From positions 2,569 to 66,568 of the forward strand of contig QZKI01000026.1 in the NCBI GenBank assembly GCA_003598055.1: a stretch of 64,000 bases of DNA. Direction: 5' to 3'. The notes below the pieces were generated by a model. That model was not told where the DNA came from, ran no database searches, and worked only from the letters and a program-made list of their open reading frames with translations. A program made the translations under genes and the position numbers. Shown here piece by piece: positions 9,162 to 18,388 of the stretch; positions within the stretch are counted from its first letter, which is position 1, and each line of letters opens with the position of its first letter. Origin of the DNA: Candidatus Abyssobacteria bacterium SURF_17 (GTDB lineage: Bacteria; Abyssobacteria; SURF-5).

Positions 9162-10184
9162 ATGAGCACACTCACCCCAAGAGAACGAGTGATCGCCGCG
9201 CTTAGGTACGAAGAAACCGACATTATTCCATACGATATCATGATAGAACCCGAGGTCGAAGACCGCTTGAATGAACATTACGGCGGGAGAACATGGGAAA
9301 GCATGATAGAGAAGCATGTGGTTTTCGTGGGTTTTCCCGTCATGGCACGGCCGGAACCGGTAGACGAAAAGCATGTAAGGGACGAATACGGCTGCATATG
9401 GGATTTCTCGGCTCGTCCGATACACGCCGTGCAGTTCCCCATTCAAGAGCCAAGTGTTGAAGGATACAATTTCGATGCGGTGTTGCAGGTGGTTCTCGAT
9501 TCCTTTGATAAGAACAGCGCCGATTTAATCATTGGCGAGAGCACAGACAAGTTTGTCTTGGGACAGCTCAACTTCGGCCTGTTCGAACGCTCGTGGACGC
9601 TCCGTGGCTTCGAGAATGTTCTGGTTGACAGTATTCTGAATACTGCCTTCTATGAGGAGTTACTCGACCGTATTCTTGAAATGCAGCTTGCGATGATAGA
9701 CAAACTCTGCGAGTTTCCCATAGACGGCGTCTTTCTCGGAGACGACTGGGGTGACCAGCGTGGCGTCATGCTTGGTCCGGATAGATGGCGTCGGCTCCTC
9801 AAGCCACGCACACAAAAGCTGTACGAGCGTATTCACAAAGCGGGCAAACCGGTCTTCACTCACTGCTGCGGCAATATTTTCGAGATTATTCCCGATGTGA
9901 TTGAGATGGGATTGGACGTTCTCGAATCGCTTCAACCGGAGGCAATGGACGTATATGAGATAAAACGACGCTTCGGCAAGAATCTGAGGCTGTGGGGCGG
10001 GTTGGGGACGCAACAGGTCCTCCCTTTTGGCACAGCAGACGAAGTGCGTACCGAAATTCGCCGGCTGATCAAGGAAATGGGCCGGGGCGGCGGTTATATA
10101 CTTGCTCCGGCCAAACCACTCCTGCCGGAAGTGCCGACGGAAAACGCAGTCGCTGTCATCGAGGAATTTGCACAAAGAGGATGA
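9162..10184 (+). CDS. URO-D/MtaA-CmuA superfamily protein (putative methylcobamide methyltransferase) 1
   Basis: GDDWG, HCCG, LQPE, LWGGLGTQ, GGGYILAP. Confidence 0.85.
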   Translation: MSTLTPRERVIAALRYEETDIIPYDIMIEPEVEDRLNEHYGGRTWESMIEKHVVFVGFPVMARPEPVDEKHVRDEYGCIWDFSARPIHAVQFPIQEPSVEGYNFDAVLQVVLDSFDKNSADLIIGESTDKFVLGQLNFGLFERSWTLRGFENVLVDSILNTAFYEELLDRILEMQLAMIDKLCEFPIDGVFLGDDWGDQRGVMLGPDRWRRLLKPRTQKLYERIHKAGKPVFTHCCGNIFEIIPDVIEMGLDVLESLQPEAMDVYEIKRRFGKNLRLWGGLGTQQVLPFGTADEVRTEIRRLIKEMGRGGGYILAPAKPLLPEVPTENAVAVIEEFAQRG

Positions 10185-10242
10185 GCACCATGCGGCTCAC
10201 GCGTTTGTGCGAGCACCGTTCTCAGAGGAGGAGAAGAGAAGC

Positions 10243-11340
10243 ATGAATGTCGAATTGCAGCAGTTGCTCGACCTGTACCTGCAACCGACGCCGGTTCCAG
10301 CGGACATGACGAGCCGAGACATCGTTTGCAAGGCCGTTGAGTTCGACAACCCTCCGCGCATCCCCTACAGCTTTGTTACCCCGGTTGCGAGCGATTTCTT
10401 CGAGGTTGCCGCGGTGCCCAAGTTTATTGCGCTTGTTGACTCTCAGAGTGAAGTCGCAAACGTGTGGGTTGCCGAACAGAATAAAGAGCGGAGAAATCGC
10501 GGCGAAAAATACTACGATGAATGGGGCGTCGGTTGGGAAGTGACCGGCAGGCTGTGGGATCACTCTTTTGATCATCCGCTGCGTGATTTGCGAAAGCTCG
10601 ATAGCTATCAGTTCCCTAATGTAGTTGCTCCCGAGAAGTTTGATGTGCTCAGGCCGTATGTCACGCAAGCGCGCGATGCCGGGAAGTATGTCGTGGGGTT
10701 CGACCCAATTCTCTTGTTTGAGAGAATGCGGGCACTTCTCGGTTTTGAAGAACTCATGGTCGCGCACTACACCCAATCCGATGGCTTGGAGGCACTGCTA
10801 GACCGATTGGCCGACCTGGAAGTGGCCGTGGTAGGGGAGTGGGCGCGGATAGAGGGCGTTGATGCATACATGACGTGGGACGATTGGGGACTCCAAACGT
10901 CGCTCCAGATGAGTCCTGAGGCCTTCCGGAAATATTACAAGCCACGATATGCGAAAATCGTCGAGGCCGCACATTGGCAGGGTATGCACTATATTTGGCA
11001 CAACTGCGGACAAATATTCGATATCATTCCGGACATGATAGAAATCGGCGTGGATGTCATTCAACTCGATCAGCCTCGCCTGATGGGATATGACGAATTA
11101 GCAGGCGCATTTGGTGGGAAGATTTGTTTCTGGAACACGCTTGACATACAGTGGTCAACCATAGAGAACCCGACCGAGGATGAGGTGCGGGCCGAGGTGT
11201 CAAGAATGGTGAGGGCCTTCAATTGCTTCCATGGAGGATTTATGGCCCGCCAATATCCGGATGTGCTTGACATTGAAATGCCTTATGAGCGCCACCTGGC
11301 GATTTATGAGGCTTTCCTCGCGAATGGATGCGCGTTGTAA
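10243..11340 (+). CDS. URO-D/MtaA-CmuA superfamily protein 2
   Basis: YYDEWGVGW, WDDWG, HNCG, QLDQP; start chosen at MNVELQ behind a GAGGAG RBS. Confidence 0.82.
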   Translation: MNVELQQLLDLYLQPTPVPADMTSRDIVCKAVEFDNPPRIPYSFVTPVASDFFEVAAVPKFIALVDSQSEVANVWVAEQNKERRNRGEKYYDEWGVGWEVTGRLWDHSFDHPLRDLRKLDSYQFPNVVAPEKFDVLRPYVTQARDAGKYVVGFDPILLFERMRALLGFEELMVAHYTQSDGLEALLDRLADLEVAVVGEWARIEGVDAYMTWDDWGLQTSLQMSPEAFRKYYKPRYAKIVEAAHWQGMHYIWHNCGQIFDIIPDMIEIGVDVIQLDQPRLMGYDELAGAFGGKICFWNTLDIQWSTIENPTEDEVRAEVSRMVRAFNCFHGGFMARQYPDVLDIEMPYERHLAIYEAFLANGCAL

Positions 11341-11505
11341 CAACAGTTGACATCGGGAACTCTGCGGTATGTCTCATCGGGCAGCATTCGCATTCTTCTC
11401 CCCCCATTCGGTGCAATTCGTTGAGGAAGAAAGACTGAATCTGAAGAGAAGTATAATACGGGGGCCTAATCAGATTTTCGCAAACCCGGAAAGGAAACAC
11501 AGACA

Positions 11506-12615
11506 ATGAAAAAGCAACTACGAGTGGGATTCGTCGGATGCGGCGAAGCCACGCAAGCGCTTCACACACCGGCGCTGAACAGCCTGGCCTCACTCTATCG
11601 CATTGCCGCTTGCACCGACGCAAGCGCGGAGGTCATGGCGCAGGTGGCATCCCGCACGGGCGCAAGGCCGATAGAGCGGCCACTTGACCTCATCAATGAC
11701 CCTGACGTTGACGTTGTTCTCATAGCCACGCCCGACATGTATCATAGTGATTATGCGCTTGCCGCATGCACGGCGAAGAAAAAGGCCGTGCTCGTGGAGA
11801 AGCCCATGACGCTCAATCCGCGCATGGCGCGGGAAATTGCGCGCGCATCCGACGAAACCGGAGTTCCCGTCCTCGTGGGCTACGTGCATGTTTACGACCC
11901 GGCGGTCCGGAGGGCGGCGGAGCTTTGGGGCGAAACAGGATTTTTCAATTACGGCCAGTTTCGGTGCTTCCTCGGGCCAAATGAAAAGTATACTGCGGAC
12001 GATATTCTCCAGACTATACGACCCGCCATGGCCGACCGCTGGCCGGGCCTGATCAACCAGCTTAGCCTGGCCGCAGTCTCAACTGAACTTCTCGGTACGG
12101 GCGTCGAGGTAAAGTATGTGGTGGGCCACGCGCTTCTTCGAGGGCTTGTCATCCACGATATTCCGGTTATGCGCCGGCTGCTCGGCGAGCCGGTGAAGGT
12201 GGATTACGCCTCCATACGGGCTATGGGCCCGCCGATGAGCGAGGTTGGGATGGCCATTGACGTCATGTTCGATTACGGCCAAGGAAGGGTTCTTCTCCAG
12301 GCCGAATTCGAGAAAATGAAAGTGACCGACTGGGGCTTTCAACTGCGCCGCGACGACCTGCACCTGCACGTCCAGTATCCGCCAACCTTTGCAGCGGCTG
12401 CACCTTCCACGTGCAAAGCTATATATGAAAAAAACGGAATGACAGTCGAGGAAATTCACGGCGGTCGCTACGAGACCGGTTTCCGATGCGAATGGAAGCA
12501 TATTTACGACGTGGTAACAGCGGGAGTTGCGCCGATTGCCAGCGCACAGGATGCTGTGAAAGACCTTGAGCTTGTCGACGAAATCATAACGGTTGCAGTA
12601 AAGAGTGGCAATTAG
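11506..12615 (+). CDS. Gfo/Idh/MocA family NAD(P)-dependent oxidoreductase
   Basis: VGFVGCG Rossmann start, ATPD..H, VEKP, IHD. Confidence 0.88.
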   Translation: MKKQLRVGFVGCGEATQALHTPALNSLASLYRIAACTDASAEVMAQVASRTGARPIERPLDLINDPDVDVVLIATPDMYHSDYALAACTAKKKAVLVEKPMTLNPRMAREIARASDETGVPVLVGYVHVYDPAVRRAAELWGETGFFNYGQFRCFLGPNEKYTADDILQTIRPAMADRWPGLINQLSLAAVSTELLGTGVEVKYVVGHALLRGLVIHDIPVMRRLLGEPVKVDYASIRAMGPPMSEVGMAIDVMFDYGQGRVLLQAEFEKMKVTDWGFQLRRDDLHLHVQYPPTFAAAAPSTCKAIYEKNGMTVEEIHGGRYETGFRCEWKHIYDVVTAGVAPIASAQDAVKDLELVDEIITVAVKSGN

Positions 12616-12625
12616 GGGGTGCTGA

Positions 12626-13699
12626 ATGAATACGCCATCGGGAGTTGCATTCGTAGGAGCCGGTTTCATTTCCTATCTGCATCTGTTTGCCATACGCAGC
12701 AATCCAAATGTAAGACTTGTTGCGCTCGCATCCCGTTCGAGGGACATCGCCGAAAACAGGGGCAGAATATTCAATGCCGACCCGTATACGTTCGACAACA
12801 TGGGCACAATGCTCGGCCGAAAAGATATAGATATCGTATGTGTGCTGAGCCCCAACTCACTCCACGCCGAACACGCGCTTGCCGCAATCAAGGCGGGTAA
12901 GCACATCGTCATCGAAAAGCCCATGACGGTGACCTTGGCCGATGCCGACGCCATCGTCAAGGCCGCTGAATCAGCAGGCGTAGGAATCGGATACGCCGAA
13001 AATCAAGTGTTCGCGCCTGTCTTAATGAAAGGACGCGAGCTGGTCGAGCAGGGAGCGATAGGCAAGGTGAAGAGCGTCGTTGGCTTCTGCGGACACGGCG
13101 GCCCGTCCAAAGCCGGTTGGTTCTGGAAACCACAATTCTCCGGCGGCGGCGCGAACATAGACCTCGGGCCGCATACACTCGAAAGCGCGCTCTATTTAGC
13201 GGGCAAACCAGCGATAAAGAGGGTAAAATCGAGCCAAATCACCGAGGCGCCCGAAGGAGGAATCGACGTCAAAGCCGAATTCGTGCTCGAATCCGACAAC
13301 GGAATCGAATTCACCATAACCAGCTCTTGGCTTGAGGAGGATGACAATTTCTATTATGAGGTCTTCGGCGAAAAGGGGAGTATTAAATGCGTGTTTGCGC
13401 CCGTCCCCCAGTTCGTAACGCTCTTTCCTGAGCAGGGCGAGCCGGAAGACATAGAGTTTCCAGGCCGATTCGACATGCACCTTGACAAGTATGTTGCCAG
13501 TATGGGCTATGTCGGCCAGCTCGAACACTTCGAAAAATGCTTCAGGACCGGTGCGATTCCGTCTGAATCGGGAACCGATGGCAGAACCGTGCTCCGGATT
13601 TTGGGCGCCGCATACCTGTCGGCCGCGAAGCAAGCGCCCGTGGAGTTGTCGTCAATCCCTTCAGACAAGACGCCGATACAACTCTGGCTTGGAAACTAA
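12626..13699 (+). CDS. Gfo/Idh/MocA family oxidoreductase
   Basis: VAFVGAG, PNSLH, IEKP, GGGANIDLGPH. Confidence 0.9.
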   Translation: MNTPSGVAFVGAGFISYLHLFAIRSNPNVRLVALASRSRDIAENRGRIFNADPYTFDNMGTMLGRKDIDIVCVLSPNSLHAEHALAAIKAGKHIVIEKPMTVTLADADAIVKAAESAGVGIGYAENQVFAPVLMKGRELVEQGAIGKVKSVVGFCGHGGPSKAGWFWKPQFSGGGANIDLGPHTLESALYLAGKPAIKRVKSSQITEAPEGGIDVKAEFVLESDNGIEFTITSSWLEEDDNFYYEVFGEKGSIKCVFAPVPQFVTLFPEQGEPEDIEFPGRFDMHLDKYVASMGYVGQLEHFEKCFRTGAIPSESGTDGRTVLRILGAAYLSAAKQAPVELSSIPSDKTPIQLWLGN

Positions 13700-13741
13700 G
13701 CGCTGAATATCACAAATCGCGAGAGATATTCTCGCGCCTCC

Positions 13742-13822
13742 GTAGGGGCCGTTCGCGAACGGCCCGTACGAAGCATTGACCACAAATTCCTTCGTAGCGG
13801 CGACCCGGTGGGTCGCCCTTAC
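13742..13822. repeat. Tandem pair of GTAG REP-like palindromes
   Basis: GTAGGGGCCGTTCGCGAACGGCCCGTAC (13742-13769) and GTAGCGGCGACCCGGTGGGTCGCCCTTAC (13794-13822). Confidence 0.7.
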
Positions 13823-13880
13823 AAGAGATGAGAGAATATGCCACCATATTCATGAGAAACACCACTAGGAGCGCGACATA

Positions 13881-14963
13881 ATGAGCATCAATCTGCATTT
13901 CACCGACGATGACTGGCAACGAATCGAGCGCGACTGGACCGCCTGGTGGGCGGGCGGACTCGACCGTCCCCTAGTCATCATCGAAAATCCCACTTCGCTA
14001 TTACCTTTGTCAATGGAAATGACGCATGAGTTCCTTCTCGAGAAACCCATTGATGAGGTACTCGACCATCATCAGATGCTCCTCGAGGCCCGAGAATTCT
14101 ATGGCGATGCGTATCCCAGATGGTGGCCCAACTTCGGCCCCGGCATTATGGCCGGTTTTCTCGGCGCCAAGGTCAACTGTGACCCTGAGATGGCCACGGT
14201 ATGGTTCGAGCCGAATGAGAAGCCAGCCATCGACGAGTTACGATTCACGTACGACGCTGAGAATCCCTGGTGGAAGCGTATAAACGACCTCACGCGAAGG
14301 GCGGTCGAACGATGGGGAAATAAAGTCTGCATCGCACATACCGACCTTGGCGGAAACCTTGACATCCTCGCCTCTTTTCGAACAACGCAGCAGCTCATCT
14401 ATGACTTGTTTGACGCTCCCGGAGAAGTGGTTCGGCTCTGTGGAGAGATAACGAAACTGTGGGTGCGATATTACGATGAACTCGATGCGATCATCAAGAA
14501 AGCAGGCCGCGGGACAACGCCATGGGCGCCGGTCTGGTCACCTAAGCGCTGTTACATGTTACAAAGTGATTTCTCGTACATGATATCGCCCGAGATGTTC
14601 CAGAAATTCGTTATGCCCGACCTCGAGGCATGCTGTTCGACTCTCGACCATCCCTTCTACCATCTCGACGGCCATGGACAAATCCGCCATCTCGACGCGC
14701 TTCTCTCAATCGGGAAACTTGCGGGCATCCAATGGATTCCGGGCGACGGGCAGCCGCCGGAGGAGGAATGGCTCGAGCTCCTCAAACGCATCAGGGACGG
14801 CGGGAAACTCTGTCAGCTTTTCGTAACGGCGGAAGGTGCGCGCACTATTGTCAAGGAACTCGGCGGCCGAGGGTTCGTATTTTATATCATGTCGTTCATA
14901 TCCTCTCGCGAAGAAGCCGACGATTTTCTCCGCGTTCTCGCTGCTGAAGATTCATCTCGATGA
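13881..14963 (+). CDS. URO-D/MtaA-like superfamily protein 3 (HLDG subtype)
   Basis: WWPNFGPG..AGFLG, DLGGNLD, QSDFSYMISP.MF..F..P, YHLDG, IQWIPG. Confidence 0.7.
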   Translation: MSINLHFTDDDWQRIERDWTAWWAGGLDRPLVIIENPTSLLPLSMEMTHEFLLEKPIDEVLDHHQMLLEAREFYGDAYPRWWPNFGPGIMAGFLGAKVNCDPEMATVWFEPNEKPAIDELRFTYDAENPWWKRINDLTRRAVERWGNKVCIAHTDLGGNLDILASFRTTQQLIYDLFDAPGEVVRLCGEITKLWVRYYDELDAIIKKAGRGTTPWAPVWSPKRCYMLQSDFSYMISPEMFQKFVMPDLEACCSTLDHPFYHLDGHGQIRHLDALLSIGKLAGIQWIPGDGQPPEEEWLELLKRIRDGGKLCQLFVTAEGARTIVKELGGRGFVFYIMSFISSREEADDFLRVLAAEDSSR

Positions 14964-15013
14964 GCTGTTTTTTTGAACCATGCGGGGCAACGCATGCAGT
15001 CTGTTGCCAGAAC

Positions 15014-16030
15014 TCATAGCCCTGGGATAATTCGCCGGGCGTTTTCGTAATAAATTTTCCGAAGGATATCATCAGGCAAGTTGATGCCTCGGATGTTCCA
15101 GTTTCTCAGGCGAGGTTCACTCGGCGGAATCGCTTCGTCCTCGGTCTCGTAGAATCTGAAAATTGTGGAATTGTAACGCCCCATTTCTTCGGTCCACTGT
15201 TCCACTTCCGACGTCTTATCCAACGCACTCATGACGATAATGTCGGTGCCGTGCATTATTCGGTCAGCACATTTCACGAACAGTTCTCGCGTTTTCTCGG
15301 GATGCCTGCCGGCTTCATCAACAACCGCGGAGGCATCCACAAAGAAATTCGGGAATTCGTCGAGGTTTGCGGCCACGTGAGCCACTTCCATATCCCATGC
15401 ATCGCTGCCGAGATGCGCGCCGATGAATGTCGTGTTCGGGTGCTTTCGTATAACGTTGTTCCGTCGCCGCATCAACTCCTCGAAGCTCGGGAAATTCTCA
15501 CGGCCGTAATAGACCCATGCGGGAATTTCCTCCAATAAGAGACGCCATGGATTGTACTCATCAACCGGTCTCCAATATGCCGGTGGGTCGCCGATGTGAA
15601 TCAATACAGGCATCCCAAGCTCACTGGCCTTATCCCAGACCGGGTCAAGCCGTGGGTCGTCCGGAGCGATGAGAATTCCTGACCGCTCTCGTGCAACCAG
15701 CCCCAACTCTTTCGAAACTTTGATGCCCACCGCGCCGACTTCCTTGCTCCGCGCGAGATGCTCTCTTTGTTTCCTCGCATAGTCTGGCTCATCTATGGTG
15801 GTAAGGTCGAATGTGACCATCACGGCAAGGCGGTCGGGATGGGCGCGCGTATGTTTGAAACAAATGGATTCGTTGTATTTCATGACCTCCTGATTATCCA
15901 TCCCCATCGCGAGCAGAATCGATTTCTCGACGCCGTGAGTATCCATCAAATGAAGCATGCAGTCGGTATCAGCGAAGAGGTGGGTGTGAACATCAATCTT
16001 ATGTGCGATGCGGCTCTTGTAGTTCTCCAC
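15014..16030 (-). CDS. Amidohydrolase_2 family metallohydrolase
   Basis: IDVHTH, LIHIGDP, AHLG, HGTD; GTG start behind AGGAG. Confidence 0.87.
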   Translation of the reverse strand: MENYKSRIAHKIDVHTHLFADTDCMLHLMDTHGVEKSILLAMGMDNQEVMKYNESICFKHTRAHPDRLAVMVTFDLTTIDEPDYARKQREHLARSKEVGAVGIKVSKELGLVARERSGILIAPDDPRLDPVWDKASELGMPVLIHIGDPPAYWRPVDEYNPWRLLLEEIPAWVYYGRENFPSFEELMRRRNNVIRKHPNTTFIGAHLGSDAWDMEVAHVAANLDEFPNFFVDASAVVDEAGRHPEKTRELFVKCADRIMHGTDIIVMSALDKTSEVEQWTEEMGRYNSTIFRFYETEDEAIPPSEPRLRNWNIRGINLPDDILRKIYYENARRIIPGL

Positions 16031-16122
16031 GGTCGGCTTCTCCTGCCTGAGAATCTTCCAACGGCCATCTCACAAACTTCCGAGAATTGGCATGGGTTCA
16101 TGTTCATACCCGGCCTTTTTGA

Positions 16123-16151
16123 TTGACACCATCAGGCCGGTGCGGTAGAAT
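16123..16151 (+). promoter_or_regulatory. Sigma70 promoter with overlapping inverted repeat
   Basis: TTGACA-17-TAGAAT; CCGGCCT...AGGCCGG (about 16110-16140) straddles the -35. Confidence 0.6.
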
Positions 16152-16210
16152 CGGTCGCGAATTTCGCGTAACAACGGTATGGATTGTGTCAGGCATGAAG
16201 TCTAGCGAAT

Positions 16211-18364
16211 ATGAATGCTGATGTCAAAAATGACCTTCACCTGTTCTGGGTGAGTGTAGTGCTGCTGTTCCTCGAGCTGCTCATCATCAGGTGGCTGTCG
16301 GCTGAGCTGCGCATATTTGCATACTTCAACAACCTCGTGCTCATAATCTGCTTTCTCGGCATCGGACTGGGGTGTGCCAGCCCGAAGAAAACGGTGAGCT
16401 TTCTGCCCTCACTCGCAATACTCTCTCTGCTCGTATTCTTTGTGTATTGTCCCATAAATCTGGGCATCTTTTCCGTTGAAAAAATCACGGCGTACCTGTC
16501 GAATCTCAAAGATTTCGTTATATGGTATCAGACAATCTCACACGGTACAAAGCGGGTATGGGAAATCCTGCTGGGTGCTATGATGCTGGGGCTGTTGACC
16601 CTTGGTGTGGTGTATCTGTTCATCCCCTTCGGCCAATCGTTAGGCCAATTGCTCAATAGCGCGGCGCGACCGCTCAGGGCCTATACGATAAATATCCTGG
16701 GTAGCATCGCAGGCATCCTGCTGTTCACGGCGCTCTCCTTTATCTCATCACCTCCGCTGGTGTGGTTCGGAATCCTCTTTGTCTCGGTACTTGTTCTGTT
16801 TGTGTTCGAGGAGAAGAGGAGATTGTTTCTTCCCTCGCTCGCATTCATGGGCGTTACCGTGGCGCTTATTTGGTGGGACGGTACTGGCCGCGAGCCAGGA
16901 ACGGAAGAGCTTTGGTCACCGTATCAGAAGCTGGAAGTGGTTCCGCTCGAGGTTCGAGGCGGCGACATCGCCACGAGATTAGGCTACGTAATAAACGTCA
17001 ACAACGTGCCGTACCAGCAGGCTGTGAACCTCTCATATGATTTTGTCAGCTCAAACCCCCAGATATACGGATTCAAAGACCCGAACGTCTTGAAATTCGA
17101 CCACTATAATCTGCCATATCTGTTTGCAAACAATCTCGAGGATGTTCTGATAGTAGGAGCTGGTGCGGGCAACGACGCCGCCGGCGCCTTGAGAAACGGC
17201 GCTCAGAGCGTGGACGCCGTCGAGATAGACCCGCTCATCATCAAGATAGGCAGGAAATTGCATCCGGAACGACCATACGACTCGGAGCGAGTAAATCTGA
17301 TAAACGACGACGCTCGCTCATTCTTTCATCGTGCCAGGAAGCGTTATGACCTTGTTGTCTTTGGATTGCTCGACTCGCATACTCTCTCTTCAAATCTCTC
17401 CAACGTCAGGCTCGATAATTTCGTCTACACGCTCCAGAGCATTCAAGAGGCGAAGAGCCTCCTCAAACCCAGTGGGGTGATTGTGCTCATCTTTGATGTC
17501 AGGGACAAGTTCATCGGCCAAAGCCTATTTGAGATAATGTCGCAGATATTCGGCAGACAGCCGATGTGCTTCAACTTGGCGGACAGCATCCGAGGTTGGG
17601 GAGGCAGCGTGTTTGTGGGGGGCGACGCCGCAACTATTTCGGGAACTATGACACGGTATCCGTTCCTGAACACACTCGTTGACGATTCGTTTGCGGCTGC
17701 GACGACGCCGGCACAGATTCCCACAGATGACTGGCCCTACCTGTACCTCGGAGGCAAGTTCATTCCTTCGCTCTATTACATTGTATTTGCCCTTGTGATG
17801 GCGATTACCGTGGCAATGGTACGGCGGAATTTTGGTGGGCTAAAGGGTGTCGACTGGCATTTCTTCTTCCTCGGAGCAGGGTTTCTCCTGATAGAGGTGC
17901 AAAACGTGAGCAAGCTGGCGCTCCTGTTCGGCTCAACGTGGCTTGTGAACTCCATCGTCATATTCGCAATTCTCGTAATGATTCTTCTGGCCAACTATTA
18001 CGTGGCCGCAGTAAATATCAAGTCCCGGTTGCCCTATTACGCAGGACTTGCCGCAAGCCTCACGGTCATTTACGTCTTTCCACTCGAGCTGCTTGCGCGC
18101 TTTCAACTTCTGCCGAAGGCGCTCATTTCCGGCTCACTCTTGTCGCTTCCGATTTTTTTTGCGGGAATTATTTTCGCGCATTCATTCAGCAGATCGAAGG
18201 AGTTGAACAAGGTCTTCGCATCCAATCTCATTGGAGCGATGCTGGGGGGCGCATTGCAGTGCATGTCATTTGCGGTGGGCCTTAATGCATTGATTCTCGT
18301 CGCGCTCCTGCTCTACGTCCTTTCCTACATGTCGCTGGGACGGCTGCTGGGCGAGGGGGGCTGA
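16211..18364 (+). CDS. Polytopic membrane protein with central spermidine-synthase-like SAM/dcSAM-binding domain
   Basis: About 7 N-terminal and 6 C-terminal hydrophobic helices flanking WSPYQK, VGAGAGND, VEIDP, DDAR, DLVVFG, PTDDWP. Confidence 0.8.
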   Translation: MNADVKNDLHLFWVSVVLLFLELLIIRWLSAELRIFAYFNNLVLIICFLGIGLGCASPKKTVSFLPSLAILSLLVFFVYCPINLGIFSVEKITAYLSNLKDFVIWYQTISHGTKRVWEILLGAMMLGLLTLGVVYLFIPFGQSLGQLLNSAARPLRAYTINILGSIAGILLFTALSFISSPPLVWFGILFVSVLVLFVFEEKRRLFLPSLAFMGVTVALIWWDGTGREPGTEELWSPYQKLEVVPLEVRGGDIATRLGYVINVNNVPYQQAVNLSYDFVSSNPQIYGFKDPNVLKFDHYNLPYLFANNLEDVLIVGAGAGNDAAGALRNGAQSVDAVEIDPLIIKIGRKLHPERPYDSERVNLINDDARSFFHRARKRYDLVVFGLLDSHTLSSNLSNVRLDNFVYTLQSIQEAKSLLKPSGVIVLIFDVRDKFIGQSLFEIMSQIFGRQPMCFNLADSIRGWGGSVFVGGDAATISGTMTRYPFLNTLVDDSFAAATTPAQIPTDDWPYLYLGGKFIPSLYYIVFALVMAITVAMVRRNFGGLKGVDWHFFFLGAGFLLIEVQNVSKLALLFGSTWLVNSIVIFAILVMILLANYYVAAVNIKSRLPYYAGLAASLTVIYVFPLELLARFQLLPKALISGSLLSLPIFFAGIIFAHSFSRSKELNKVFASNLIGAMLGGALQCMSFAVGLNALILVALLLYVLSYMSLGRLLGEGG

Positions 18365-18388
18365 ACTCCGCTGACCTCGGCCACGCAC

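Noticed and set aside
9162-11340. Calling the URO-D proteins hemE
   Set aside because: They lack the HemE W.MRQAGR signature and carry HxC motifs of the methyltransferase-like branch
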